This document shows, one piece after another, positions 25,150-37,833 of a DNA stretch of 64,000 nt. The notes under the pieces were generated by a model. The model was given only the letters and a program-made list of their open reading frames with translations. It was not told the DNA's origin and made no database searches. Position 1 is the stretch's first letter, and each line of letters begins with the position of its first letter. Origin of the DNA: Okamejei kenojei (taxonomy: Eukaryota); contig CM069148.1 in assembly GCA_035221665.1 (NCBI GenBank), positions 45,136,001-45,200,000 of the forward strand. Reading direction: 5' to 3'. The position numbers and the translations under genes were made by a program.

Positions 25150-27105
25150 TATTCGTTAGCAGTCTTGTTGTGCGTGGCCCCTTGGGCAAGAGTGACCATA
25201 ATATGATTGAGTTCTTCATTAGGATGGAGAGTGACATAATTAAGTCAGAAACAAGGGTTCTGAACTTAAACAAAGGTAACTTTGAAGGTATGAGACGTGA
25301 ATTGGCCAAGATAGACTGGCAAGTGATTCTTAAAGGGTTGACAGTGGATGTGCAATGGTAGGTATTTAAAGACTGCATGGATTAACTACAACAATTGTTC
25401 ATCCCAGTTTGGCAAATGAATAAATCAGGGAAGGTAGTGCATCCATGGATAACAAGGGAAATCAGGGATAGTATAAAAACAAAAGATGAAGCATACAAAT
25501 TAGCCAGAATAAGCAGCCCACCAGAGGACTAGGAGAAATTCAGAGTCCAGCAGAGGAGGACAAAGGGCTTAATTAGGAAAGGGAAAATAGATTATGAAAG
25601 AAAACTGGCAGGGAACATAAAAACTGACTGCAAAAGTTTTTAAAGATATGTGAAGAGAAAGAGATTAGTTAAAACAAATGTAGGTTCCTTGCAGTCAGAA
25701 ACAGGTGAATTGATCATGGGGAAACAAGGACATGGCAGACCAATTGAATAACTACTTTGGTTCTGTCTTCACTAAGGAAGACATAAATAATCTGCCAGAA
25801 ATAGCAGGGGACCGGGGGTCAAATAAGGTGGAGGAACTGAATGAAATCCAGGTTAGCCGGGAAGTGGTGTTGGGTAAATTGAGTGGATTAAAGGCCGATA
25901 AATCCCCATGGCCAGATAGTCTGCATCCCAGAGTACTCAAGGAAGTAGCCACATAAATAGTGGATGCATTGGTGATAATTTTTCAAAACTCCTTAGATTC
26001 TGGAGTAGTTCCTGAGGATTGGAGGGTAGCTAATGTAACCCCACTTTTAAAAAAAGGAGGGAGAGAGAAAACGGGGAATTACAGACCAGTTAGTCTAACA
26101 TCGGTAGTGGGGAAAATGCTAGTCAGTTATTAAAGATGGGATAGCAGTACATTTGGAAAGTGGTGAAATCAATGGACAAAGTCAGCATGGATTTACGAAA
26201 GGTAAATCATGTCTGACGAATCTTATAGAATTTTTCGAAGATGTAACTAGTAGAGTGGATAAGGGAGAACCAGTGGATGTGTTATATCTAGACTTTCAGA
26301 AGGCTTTCGACAAGATCCCACATAAGAGATTAGTATACAAACTTAAAGCACACGGTATTGGGGGTTCAGTATTGATGTGGATAGAGAACTGGCTGGCAGA
26401 CAGGAAGCAAAGGGTAGGAGTAAACGGGTCCTTTTCAGAATGGCAGGCAGTGACTAGTGGGGTACCCCAGCTATTTACAATATATATTAATGATTTGGAT
26501 GAGGAAATTGAATGCAACATCTCCAAGTTTACGGATGACACTAAGCTGGAGGGTAGTGTTAGGTGTGAGGAGGATGCTAGGAGGCTGCAAGGTGACTTGG
26601 ATAGGCTGGGTGAGTGGGCAAATGCATGGCAGATGCAGTATAATGTGGATAAATGTGAGGTTATCCACTTTGGTGGCAAAAACAGGAGGATAGACGATTA
26701 TCTGAATGGTGGCAAATTAGGAAAAGGGGAGATGCAACGAGACCTGGGTGTCATGGTACACCAATCATTGAAAATAGGCATGCAGGTGCAGCAGGCAGTG
26801 AAGAAAGCAAATGGTATGTTAGCATTCATAGCAAAAGGATTTGAGTATAGGAGCAGGGAGGTTCTACTGCAGTTGTACAGGGTTTTGGTGAGACCACACT
26901 TGGTGTATTGTGTACAGTTTTGGTCTCCAAATCTGAGGAAATACATTCTTGCCATAGAGGGGCTACAGGGAAGGTTCACCAGACTGATTCCTGGGATGTC
27001 AGGACTTTAATATGAGGAAAAACTGGATAGACTTGGCTTGTACTCGCTAGAATTTAGAAGACTGAGGGGGGATCTGATAGAAACTTACAAAATTCTTCAG
27101 GGGTT
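25150..27105 (+). mobile_element. Relatively young 5'-truncated CR1-type (HER1-like) LINE, ORF2 with stops and frameshifts
   Basis: PLGKSDH (end of the endonuclease) and RT ORF 26153-27010: SQHGFTKGKSCLTNL, LDFQKAFD, YINDLD, KFTDDTK, LVRPHL. Confidence 0.95.
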
Positions 27106-27451
27106 AGAAACATAGAAATTAGGTGCAGGAGCAGGCCATTCGGCCCTTCAAGCCTGCACCGCCATTCAATATGATCATGGCTGATCAGTATCCCGTACCT
27201 GCCTTCTCTCCATACTCCCTGGTCCCTTTAGCCACAAGGGCCACATCTAACTCCCTCTTAAATATACCCAATGAACTGGCCTCAACTACCTTCTGTGGCA
27301 GAGAATTCCAGAGACTCACCACTCTCTGCGTGAAAAATGTTTTCCTCATCTCGGTTCTAAAGGATTTCCCCCTTATCCTTAGACTGTGACCCCTTATTCT
27401 GGACCTCCCCAACATCGGGAACAATCTTCCTGCATCTAGCCTATCCAACCC
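27106..27451 (-). mobile_element. Inverted 3' end of the same LINE family
   Basis: Reverse complement reads GLDRLDAGRLFPMLGRSRIRGHSL through to the ctatgtttct tail. Confidence 0.9.
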
Positions 27452-27911
27452 GTTTTGGTCTCCTAATCTGAGGAAAGACATTCTTGCCATAGAGGGAGTA
27501 CAGAGAAGGTTCATCAGACTGATTCCTGGGATGGCATGACTTCCATATGAAGAAAGACTGGATAGACTTGGCTTGTACTCGCTGGAATTTAGAAGATTGA
27601 GGGGTGATCTCATAGAGACTTACAAAATTCTTAAGGGGTTGGACAGGCTAGATGCAGGAACATTGTTCCCGATGTTGGGGAAGTCCAGGACAAGGGGTCA
27701 CAGTTTAAGGAGAAGGGGGAAGTCTTTTAGGACCGAGATGAGAAAATCGTTTTTCACACAGAGAGTGGTGAATATGTGGAATTCTCTGCCACAGAAGGTA
27801 GTTGAGGCCAGTTCGTTGGCCATATTTAAGAGGGAGTTGGATGTGGCCCTTGTGGCTGAAGAGATCAGGGGGTATGGAGAGAAGGCAGGTACAGGATACT
27901 GAGTTGGATGT
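27452..27911 (+). mobile_element. Second plus-strand copy of the LINE 3' region
   Basis: Repeats about 26917-27105 (ttttggtctcc.aatctgagg) and continues [28 protein letters not shown]. Confidence 0.9.
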
Positions 27912-29626
27912 TTTTATGTTTCCTTCTCTCCAGAGATGCTGCCTGTCCCGCTGAGTTGCTCCAGCTTTTTGTGTTTATCTTTGGTTTAAACCAGCATGTG
28001 CAGTTTCCTCTTACACATATATCCCATTGCAAACTCTTACTATCCTCACGATTAGCTAACCCAGCAATCTTTGGATAAGCTGAAAGTTTGTCGAGAGTAC
28101 ACCCAGATCGTTTAACCAAGTCATTAATATAGATTATAAATGGCTGCACCTCAGCACGGAACACTATGGCTCCCCGACAGGTAATCTAAAAATGACACAT
28201 TTATCCTGCCTTTTGGATTTGTCAGTTAGCCACTCCTCTATACTTGCTGATATATTACCCCCCACCTCACTTTAATCTAATGCAGTGACGTTTTATGTGG
28301 CAGCTTATCAAAATCATTCTGGAAATCCAAATCCACCATCTACTGGTTTCCCTTTAGCTTCCGATTGTTACATACTTCAGGAACACAAGGACATTTCTCA
28401 GACATGATTTTCCTTATGCAAGTCCATGCTGACGCCTTATTGTGATATGATGTGTCTTGTTACTACTTCCCAATAATGCATTCCACCATTTCCCTAATGA
28501 CGGGTATTAGATTAATTGGCCTTCGGTTTCCTGCTTATCTTTCTTGTGGCATTGGAAATGTTCTTAGATTTCAACCAGTGGCACCATCATCTCAACTGCC
28601 ACTGCCTTTAAGATCTTAGGGTGCAGACTGTTGGCTTTTAGTCCCAATAGTTTCTTACCTTAAAAATCAATCCAAAACCAAATGTATCAATGGGTCGATG
28701 AAGAAAAATGCTAGCTTATTGCAGGCGAAACAGGAGATGTCAAACAGCGTTACAGAGAACAGGTCACACAGCAATACAGAGAGGGTAGGGAATACACATT
28801 TACCAAGGGACAATGGAATTCTAGAACAGGAGACATTTGAAAAAGAGAAGCTATAGGTGACTCACAAGGTTGCCTGAGATGGAGCGATTATGAGGGGAGA
28901 CTGGATAGGCTGAATTTGTTTTCCGTGTAGCAGAGGACTTGATAGAGGCGCACAAAAGTATGAGTGTCATACATTAAGCAATAAGAAATTGAGGTGTTAG
29001 TGACCAGAGGACACTGAGTTAGGGTAAAGGGATTGGTGGAAGAATTATTTCACCGAGGGGTTGATTGGAATCTGGAACGCACAGCCGAGAGGGTGGTGGA
29101 ACCAGAGACTCTCAAAACAGTTAATATGTATTTAGCTGTGGCCTGAAATAATAGGCTAGTCATGGAATGCCATGGTATATAAAAGTTACAGACTGAATGT
29201 TGGAAACTGGAATTAGCATAAGTAGGTGACATCAAAGACATAAGTGACTGCAGATGCTGGAGTGTGAAGCAAAATAGAAAATGCTGGAGGAACTCAGCAG
29301 GTCAAGCAGCACCTGTGGAGGCAAAGGTTGGTTGACAAGTTATCCACTCTCCTATCCATGCTGGTATAATGCCCACAATCTCACTTTGATCTTATGCTGT
29401 AACATTTTACATGTCACCTTATCCAAATTCTCTGGAAATCCAAATACTTAATGTATAATAATTCTCCTTTATCCCTTTTGTTCGTTACATTTTTCAAGAA
29501 CACTAGGAAATTTGCCAGGCATGGTTTTTGGTAGTGATAGGTATTTGGTAGCCAGCATGGACAAAGTGGACCAATGGGGCCTGTCTCTGTGCTGCATGAC
29601 TCTTTAACTCAGTTATAAAAGAGACT

Positions 29627-29932
29627 GTGTAGCAGTGATGCAGCTGATAGAACTGCTGCCTGAGACCCAGGTTCAAACCTCAGATGCTGCCTGTGCGGAG
29701 TCTGCATGTTCTCCCTGTAACGGCGTGGATTTCCTCCTGGGGCTCCGGATACCTTCCACATCTCAAAAACATGCGGGTTTGAAGATTAACTGGCTGCTGT
29801 AAAATAGCCCTAGTGTGTAGGGAGTGGATGAGAAAGCGTGTTAGGATAGAACTAGAGTGTGATCGGGTGATTGATGGTTGGCGCAGACTTGGTGGGCTGA
29901 AGGTCTGTTTCCATGCTGTATTTCTAAACTAA
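29627..29932 (+). mobile_element. tRNA-derived SINE (HE1/V-SINE-like)
   Basis: B-box-like ggttcaaacc, central gagtctgcatgttctccctgt...tttcctcc domain, tail gtttccatgctgtatttctaaactaaa. Confidence 0.7.
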
Positions 29933-31168
29933 ATCCAGTGGGTAAACCTTATGTTGATTAATCTGTCACTCACCACCTCAAAATGATTTATTTGGATTGC
30001 AAATTTAATAAATTGATATATCATAACATGTTGATAATTTAACAGTAGATTGGTGAATCAATCATTGGTATTTGATGCAATGTGAACATACATGCTTACC
30101 AGTCAGCTGAGGCACTAGCCTCCTATAAGACAGGACAAATCTGTGACTATTTTAACATTACAATTTTGCCTAAATTTAACACTGTATAGATTTCGTGAAA
30201 ATTAATAAACATTGGGAAGCGAAAAAAATCCAGATGCTGAAAATCTGAAATAAAAACAGACTGGAGACACTCAGCAGGTTAGGCATTACCTGTGGGGAGA
30301 GAATGGGGTTAACTTTGTTAGTGCCCTTTCATCGGAACTGGATAAATTAAAAAATATACATATTTTAAATTGCAGAGCAGAGGGAGGAATGCAGTGAACA
30401 AAGCGTATGTCTGTGAAAGGGTGGAGACCAGAGGAAATGGATGGCACAGATATATATATATCCACTGAGGGCAGGAGGCGACGGAAACAGAGGAGAAACA
30501 AAGAAACAGAATGATATCATGTTCCAACTGCGTGAACAGTGCCGCCGCTGGAAGACTGAGGAGAATGTAAAGAAGAATGTGAGGAAAGACCTGCTGGTCA
30601 GGCACCATCTGTGTAAGGAGGACCACATGGAGTTACATCACAACTGACCAAGGATTGAAAAGCACAGTAAAATACATGAGGTAATGGGTGATGTTGAACA
30701 TGCATGGTTTTTATCTGCGATCATCAGCTTTGTTGCAATAATTTAGAAACTGAACATTGATGCATTTTCCTTTTTATTAAATAATTGAAAATACTTAATT
30801 TTGCAAGATAACTGAACAAATTGTACAGCACCAAAAATAAAAACCAAAAAATTCAAACCCTAGATTTGATAAATAAAGAGATGGCACAGATTTAAGATAA
30901 TTTATAAAAGAACAAATGAGAACATAAGGAAATACATTCTTTTTTTAAAATAAACAGCACATTAGGCAATATTTGGAATGCTCTGTCTGGCAAGTGGTTG
31001 TTATAGGTTCAAAAGGTAATTGAACAAGACACTTGAAGAGAAAGTATTGTATGATGTGTGACTAACTGGGTTACTCTTTGAATGAGTCACTTCAACTTGA
31101 ATAGCCACAAGGCTTCCTTTTGTGCTGCACTGTTCTCTTAGTAAGATGCTGTGCTGTAGGTGGAAATG

Positions 31169-31300
31169 GGTTTGGTTTTATTGCGATTCTGTACAGGGGC
31201 AAGTTTAAGGGAATGGGCCTTTATCTGTTATGGTTTGGTTTGGTTTTATTGCGATTCTGTACAGGGGCAAGTTTAAGGGAATGGGCCTTTATCTGTTATG
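31169..31300. repeat. Tandem duplication, about 68-bp period, 2 copies
   Basis: ggtttggttttattgcgattctgtacaggggcaagtttaagggaatgggcctttatctgttatg occurs twice. Confidence 0.9.
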
Positions 31301-31910
31301 ATCATGGGAAATAGTTGAGCCCTGTGTTTTTTCTCCAAAAAGTAATAGGTTGATAAGCATTTAGCCCAAAAGGTAGATCAGTAAATGTATTAATAAGGTT
31401 AAGACAAAATACTTTGAGAGTCTGTGATGGGGAAGACTGTTACAAGTTATTTTAGTATAGGCAAGAGCAAGACCTGAAAGAGTGTATCAAGAGTCCAAAA
31501 GGAATGAGCAGCATATTCGAAAAATCTGAAACAATGTTCAACAAAACGTTGGCATCCGTCTGCATTGATCACCAAAATGTATTGGGTACAACAAAGTAAT
31601 TTGACTCTAGATATAAACCTCTATGTCCACGGGGACAGAATATAAGGGGGCAGAATTTACTTTCAGCTGTTCAATATCATGTTTTAACCCACAGACATGT
31701 CTGGAAACCACACAGAAGGAAATTGATTTTTGCCTTGGTTATATACACTGTAGATATGCTGGGATGATTCCTGGATTCCAATGGTTAAATTATAAAGAGA
31801 TTACACAACAAGGGGCTTATTCAATGGATTTATGGGTTAAGTCATAAACCACCTGACTGCATTTTTGCAATCCTAAAGTTCTCAAGATATTAAGGGGAAC
31901 TAACAGGGTG

Positions 31911-32003
31911 GATAGACACAAAATGCTGGAGTAACTCAGCGGGACAGGCAGCATCTCTGGATAGAAGGAATGGGTCACGTTTCGGGTTGAGACCCTTCTT
32001 CAG
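31911..32003 (-). mobile_element. Penelope terminal-repeat fragment with a hammerhead-like core
   Basis: Reverse complement contains ctgaagaagggtctcaacccgaaacgtgacc. Confidence 0.75.
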
Positions 32004-33530
32004 AGAGAGAAATGAGTTACACTTCTTAAGAAATCCAGGAAATCTCAAAACTTTGAGTCAGGCTTTTGGAGAGTGAAATTACAAACACATCTATCTGAAA
32101 AGGGAGGTATAAATTTAGAACTTTTTTCTGCAAACATGTTTTAAATGCTAAATCTGAGAATAATGGATAATTGATAACCAAAGAAGACAAAAGCAGATAT
32201 AAGGAAACAGGTCACCCATGATCTCACTCAATGACAGATTTGTGGGACTAAATGGCTTGCACCTGTCTCTATAAGTAATGTAAAAAATTAATGAAGAATT
32301 GAAGTATTATGGGAAGCATAGAAAGGTTAAGTCTTGGGTGATAGAGATGGAATAGAACCATTCATGTTCAATATAAGAAAGCAGACATAATATTCAAAAG
32401 AATTAGAGCAAATTTTTGAAGAAAAGGTAATCGCATTTGACTACGTTTGTCTCTCCACAGATGGAGACTTGCTGAGCATCTCCAATATTTTCTGCTTTTA
32501 TTTAAGTAAACATGTTTTGGGGTGTGGCTCTAATGGCGATCGAAGTATTATTGATGATTGTGGCAGAGACCAGATGTTATCGTTTCGTCAAGGCCTTCTC
32601 TAGAACAAGATGATTTTGACCATTGTGATATTTCAGTGTGTGTCAAGTGAGTATTATGCCTAGTTTTCAACCTAGGGCCTCACTGCTTCTTCAAATGAAC
32701 ATGAAAAGGTTCAGGAAGCAATCAAAAAGATAATGAAGCTCTCCCAAGAACCTGGCCACATTTCTCACACATCTGTCAACAATATTTGCAAAAGGTTTAC
32801 CTGCACAGCTTGACCTTAAGTGTTGTTAGCTGGATTCCTGTTCATTTTGTTAAGGCCCATTAATACATTGAATGCTAATTGATGCATTTTTAGTAGAGGA
32901 AGTAACAGTAGCCAGGACCAAAGATCTAGAGAAGCTCTCCTCTAATATATTTGGCCAGCACATCAAAGAGAATACACTCTTGCTCACATGGTACACAGGA
33001 ACTTTAATACTCATCAGATCCACCAATAAGGCTAACAAAGCAACTTAACCTTTCACTGAAGGACACCATTCTTCTCTCACTACTTTACTGGAGCTCCGGC
33101 TGAGACGAATGCATCATCGGTGAAGGAAGCAAAGTTGCTGCCATCTCATCTGAAGCAGAAAGTTGAGGTGCTTTTAAGAGCTTGCAGAGACAGTCGGAGA
33201 TATCAGATGAGGAAGTAATGAGCAGTTCTGAGTCATGCGGATGGAAGAATGACAAAAAACAAGGAACTTTAATTAAAATTTCCAGTCCCAGGTTTCTCGT
33301 TGTTGCAAAAATCGAGAATGCACGCTGTGTACCAGCAGCAAAATATATATTTTTTAATGAAACTGATTAATATTTCCTTGTTTGAAGAAATGCAAATATG
33401 TGTATGCAATCTGGGAGTAGTTCAATGAGACCAGTTCAGTACACTGGTCCTACCCATGCAAGTTGTCAAACTTTGAACTTTTCGCTAGTTCTTGGAATCA
33501 TTCGACTGTGCACAATAGCTAAGATTTTTT

Positions 33531-33532
<2 letters not shown>

Positions 33533-33564
<32 letters not shown>
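33533..33564. repeat. Poly-G tract (32 nt)
   Basis: Read directly. Similar G or C runs occur at about 980, 3241, 12022, 14447, 38070 and 39861. Confidence 0.9.
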
Positions 33565-33567
<3 letters not shown>

Positions 33568-35247
33568 GCATTAATCTGATCAATGTTAAGCATGATATTT
33601 TTCAGACTTTTTTCAGAACATTATGGTGCAGGGTCTGGGTTTAGGCACCACTTGGCCAAAGTCACAGGAGCGAACTTCTGATGCCTGGCGAAGCAGAAAA
33701 TTGGTCACCGTTCCAGTGGGGAATCCAACTTCATTATCCTGACCCAACAAGGAGCTTTATTTCCAGATGCCCATTCCTATTAAAATAAACTCCTTTGCAA
33801 AATGCACTGCAGCTCCCCTTTGTCATTATGCTTGCATCACTGGAAGGCCAGCATTTAATGCTGATCCCTAATCACCCTTGAGGTAGTGGTGAACCACTGT
33901 GGTCCTTCTAGTGAAGGTGCCCCCACAGTCTTCTTGGGTAGGGAGTTCGCAGGATCTTGACCCAACAGTGGTGTAGCAGTGACATAGTACCATGTCATTA
34001 TATTGAATGAATCTGTGGGGAACACAAATATGGTGATATCCCCATGCACCTGCTGCCTATAACTATATATAATGGGGATAGTAGGAGCGTAACCTCTCAG
34101 ATATGTGGGTCTGTGGTTGGTGTAGACAGCCACGTGTTGCAAGGCTGTGCACTGCACATAGGCACTGATGGATAAAGGCAGCGAGGTATTGAGGCGGCAT
34201 AAGGCAAGAATGGAGAACAGGCTCACATCAGGTCACACACAAGAACAAGATAAACCAACGCAGCAGACAATGGGTTCTTTTTCACCAAATATAACACTCT
34301 CTCACACCTCGGTCTCTATTCCGGGGACTCTGTACATCATCTACTGTCAGTTCTATCAGCGCATTGGCTTCCTGAACCTCAATATTGTGTGCTGGGATGG
34401 GGATGTATCTAAAGCATTCCAGAGTCAAATGCTCACATAAATATTTATATTGATACATATAACCCAATGCATTTTGCTGTGTAATGGGTGGTTTGTATTG
34501 AATTCACGCTGATCCTTCTCAGAATATGTGACAGGACAGTGCATAGGGAGCTTTACAGTGTGTATGACTGGCACTGTCCCTGGGGATATTTAATGGGCAG
34601 ACAGAAGAAGGAATTTGGCACAGGGCTGTCCCTGCCCTGGGGAGTATTTATGGTACAGTATGGAGAGAGCTGCAGTGTTCTTGTCCTGGGAGCGTTTGAT
34701 GAGTGATCGAACTGGAAGTGTTTCATTTCTTAACACTTCTCTTAACATAGTAAACAAAATCTGCAGTTTTTTCTGTTTAAATGCCTGTGGAAATAATTAA
34801 AGACTGTGGTGATCTGAGATTATGCGGGCCCTGAATATGGGCCTGGTCCTGAACCGGAGCCTGGATCTGTTCAAGCCATGGGCCTAAACCTGGATCTGAG
34901 CCCTAATCCAAGGTCTGAGCCTTGGACCTTGCTTTGGACATTGGCTGCTTGCACCTGATGAGTACTTAATTCAGCTATCACTAGAAAACAGTTCAGCTTC
35001 ACAGGCCACGTTGAGGCATGGTTATGGAAGGTTCGGGCCACAGCTTCTGCACAGATTGCAGCAGGTGCTGGAAATGCCAGTTCTTGCAACACTCCCTTTG
35101 GGAGTTGCGATCGCAAACTGGTCTGTTTCCGTATCGCTCTCTGTAAACGGCACCTGCTGACATTTAAGACAGTGCAGGCAGCCAAGCTATGGTCAGTAAA
35201 ACAAAAGTCCAGTTGACTGTTGAAGAATTGTGAAGAGTTTTGGTCCC

Positions 35248-35469
35248 TCAGGCGTGGGGAGTTGCTTGCTGGCTCTCTGTAAAGGGCAGATCCTGGGATT
35301 TCTGCATGATGAAAACTGCCACGTCAGCCAGGGCCACTGGGTATTCCTCGAGCAGGGTCCCACCATCAAACACCTGGGCTGTGTTCACATCTTTCCACTG
35401 GTAGCCATTTCCTGGTAGGTAGATGTCCCTGTGGACTTTGCCCGGCTCTGTCACTGGTGCCACCAGTAC
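35248..35469 (-). CDS. SITS-binding protein-like GH31 terminal exon
   Basis: Acceptor cccacacctag. Encodes VLVAPVTEPGKVHRDIYLPGNGYQWKDVNTAQVFDGGTLLEEYPVALADVAVFIMQKSQDLPFTESQQATPHA then TGA. LVAPV...YLP..W marks the GH31 C-terminal beta domain. Confidence 0.93.
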   Translation of the reverse strand, partial: VLVAPVTEPGKVHRDIYLPGNGYQWKDVNTAQVFDGGTLLEEYPVALADVAVFIMQKSQDLPFTESQQATPHA

Positions 35470-35589
35470 CTAGGTGTGGGAAGCAGACTGGTTACAGAAT
35501 GGGCTACCAACTCCACAGGAGCCACACACTTCCCCAAACAGCACACGGCATCTCACTAGCTTTGCAAAATGCAGCCATCCTAGAGCTTC

Positions 35590-37160
35590 TAGCAAAATAA
35601 TTTGTTTTTTGAGGAGGTGACAAAGGTGATCGATGAGGGTAAGGCAGTGGATGTTGTCTACATGGATTTGTGTCGGAACTTGACTTTGAACATTGGCTAC
35701 GGTGGAGGCTCGAGTGTGGCGTGGATACAGCTGACAATATTGTCATCTGATGGTCGATGTTTGCAAACTGCATGAATAACAGTTTTGCTTAACACAGTAT
35801 TTTCTAAACTGTGAATGTGTAATAAAAGCATGTTAAGGAAAAGAGATAAGGATTTTAGTAAAGCATTTTATAAAGTTCTCCATGGTAGGCTGAACCATTA
35901 GATTAAAATGCACAGGATTAACAGTGACTTGGTTGTATATATTCAGAATTAACTTATTGATAGAAGGGTTATGGTGGTAGGATAACATTCAGGCTGGAGG
36001 TCTTTGACCTGTAGGGATCTGTGCAGGGACTGTGGTTGTTTGTGATATTGTGATGACTTAGACATAAAGATAGATGTGTTGGTTAATGTTCGCAGATGAC
36101 ACCAAGATTATAACTCTCTCAGAGTGTGAGGAAGGCTGTCAAAGTTAGCAGATGGAATTTAGTCCAAGCAAGTGTGTGGTGTTGCACTTTGGGAGGTCAA
36201 ATTTAAAGGGAAAATATACAATTAATGGCATGGCCCTTAATAGCATTGATGTACAGTAGAATCCTGGGCTCCAAGACCATAACTCACTGAAAGTGGCAAA
36301 ACAAATAGATAGAATGGTAAAGAAGGCATATGATATGTTTGCTTTCATAGGTCAGGACATTGAGAATAAGATAGACACAAAAAGCTGGAGTAACTCAGCG
36401 GGACAGGCAGCATCTCTGGAGAGAAGGAATGGGTGACATTTCGGGTCGAGACCCTTCTTCAGTCTCTATCTTCGGATTAAACCAGCAGTTCCTTCTTACA
36501 CATTGAGAATAAGAGTCCGGAAGTCAGGACTTAGCTTTATAGGACTTTGGTTGGGCCGCATCTGAAGGATTTGCCTGCAGTTCTGCTTGCCCCATTACAG
36601 GAAGAATGTGGATGATTTGGAAAGGGCACAGAGAAGGTTTGCCAAAATGATGCAGGGATTAGAGGATTAGCTACAGGGAGCGGTTGGACTGACTTGGATT
36701 GTTTTTTATGCAACGCCGGAGGTTGCATGGAGACCTTTAGAAATATAGAAAATTATGAGAGGCATAGATAATAGAGTCAGAACCTTCTTCCCAGGATGAA
36801 AAAACAAATATTAGAGTTATTTAAACTTAGATTATTTAATATTCTAAAATTATTAAATATTAAAATTATTTAATATTAAACTTAGCCCCTCTCACCTTAA
36901 CATAGCGTTAAGGTGAGAGGGGCTAAGTTTAAAGGAGGTGCGCAAGGCAAGTTTTTTTTACACAGAGGGTGGTGAGTGCCTGGAATGCGCTGCTTCGGGT
37001 GGTGGTTGAGGCAGGTTTGCTAGTGGCATTTCAGAGACCTTTTGATAAGTATATGGATATACAAGGAATGTTTGAATACACAGGGAGATAAGAATTATGT
37101 TCCGCACGGACATTGTGAACCGAAGGGTCTGATCTTGTGTTGTGCTGTTTTATGTTTTAT
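35590..37160 (+). mobile_element. Degenerate CR1-type LINE in the last intron of the GH31 gene
   Basis: Recognisable RT segments (gtggatgttgtctacatggat, gcagatgacaccaag, aagtgtgtggtgttgcactttggg, cacagagggtggtgagtgcctggaa) and a 3' tail. Confidence 0.8.
36372..36499. mobile_element. Penelope-derived mini-element with a 15-bp TSD and an intact hammerhead core on the minus strand
   Basis: acattgagaataaga at 36357-36371 and 36500-36514. Minus strand 36431-36462 reads CTGAAGA-AGGGT-CTCG-ACCC-GAAA-TGTC. Confidence 0.82.
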
Positions 37161-37653
37161 GGTACATCCATTCACTTTGACTGTATTTATAATTATCAGA
37201 AAAGCAAGCCGATTGTAAAAAGCAAGGATATCTCAGGTTGGACAACATGAGTTTAAGGTAAGGAATTAGATGGGATGTGAGGAATAAACCCAGTAAGGGT
37301 TTGGAATTTGAAACGCACTGCCTAAGGGAATGGTCCTTGACAAGTATTGAATGTCCGTGGCATTAATAGGCTCTGAACCAAGTGCTGGTAAATGGGATTT
37401 GTGTAAATGGAGGCTTGAAGTGCTGAAAAACCAATTTATATGACTCTGTCGCTGCTGATATTCCATTATCAAGCCAAATTATTACCACACTATGCAACCA
37501 TTATTTTCCCCTTTGTTTCGCTTGTACAGGCTAGGCAAACAGAAACTAACAAGGAAACAAGTCAACGGCAACAGCACAAATTGTCCCCAAGCACCTGCTT
37601 GCTTGTGACTGCTATTGTAATATAATGCAGTTGTTGGAACAATCTGCTCCTAC

Positions 37654-37833
37654 CTCGTCACCAATCAGAAACTCATCGTTGATAATGAAGGTACTTGGGT
37701 CACTCGGGCTGATCCACCACAGCGGCCGAAACACAGGATGCCCGAGGGATGCCCACTCTGCAGCGTATTTCAGGAGAAGTGGCACGACAAAAGCCCGGTG
37801 TCTGTGTATATACGACCGGGTCACATTCACAAT
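37654..37833 (-). CDS. SITS-binding protein-like GH31 exon
   Basis: Acceptor ctgttccag, donor gtagga, 180 nt. Encodes IVNVTRSYIHRHRAFVVPLLLKYAAEWASLGHPVFRPLWWISPSDPSTFIINDEFLIGDE, with GxPxxRPLWW and DEFLxG motifs. Confidence 0.94.

Noticed and set aside
26153-27010. Functional reverse transcriptase gene
   Set aside because: Part of a 5'-truncated LINE with flanking stops and frameshifts and a deletion in the PQGSVLGP motif.
28725-28784. 60-nt AG...GT exon-like open segment
   Set aside because: Weak pyrimidine tract, no recognisable protein similarity, and no neighbouring exons.
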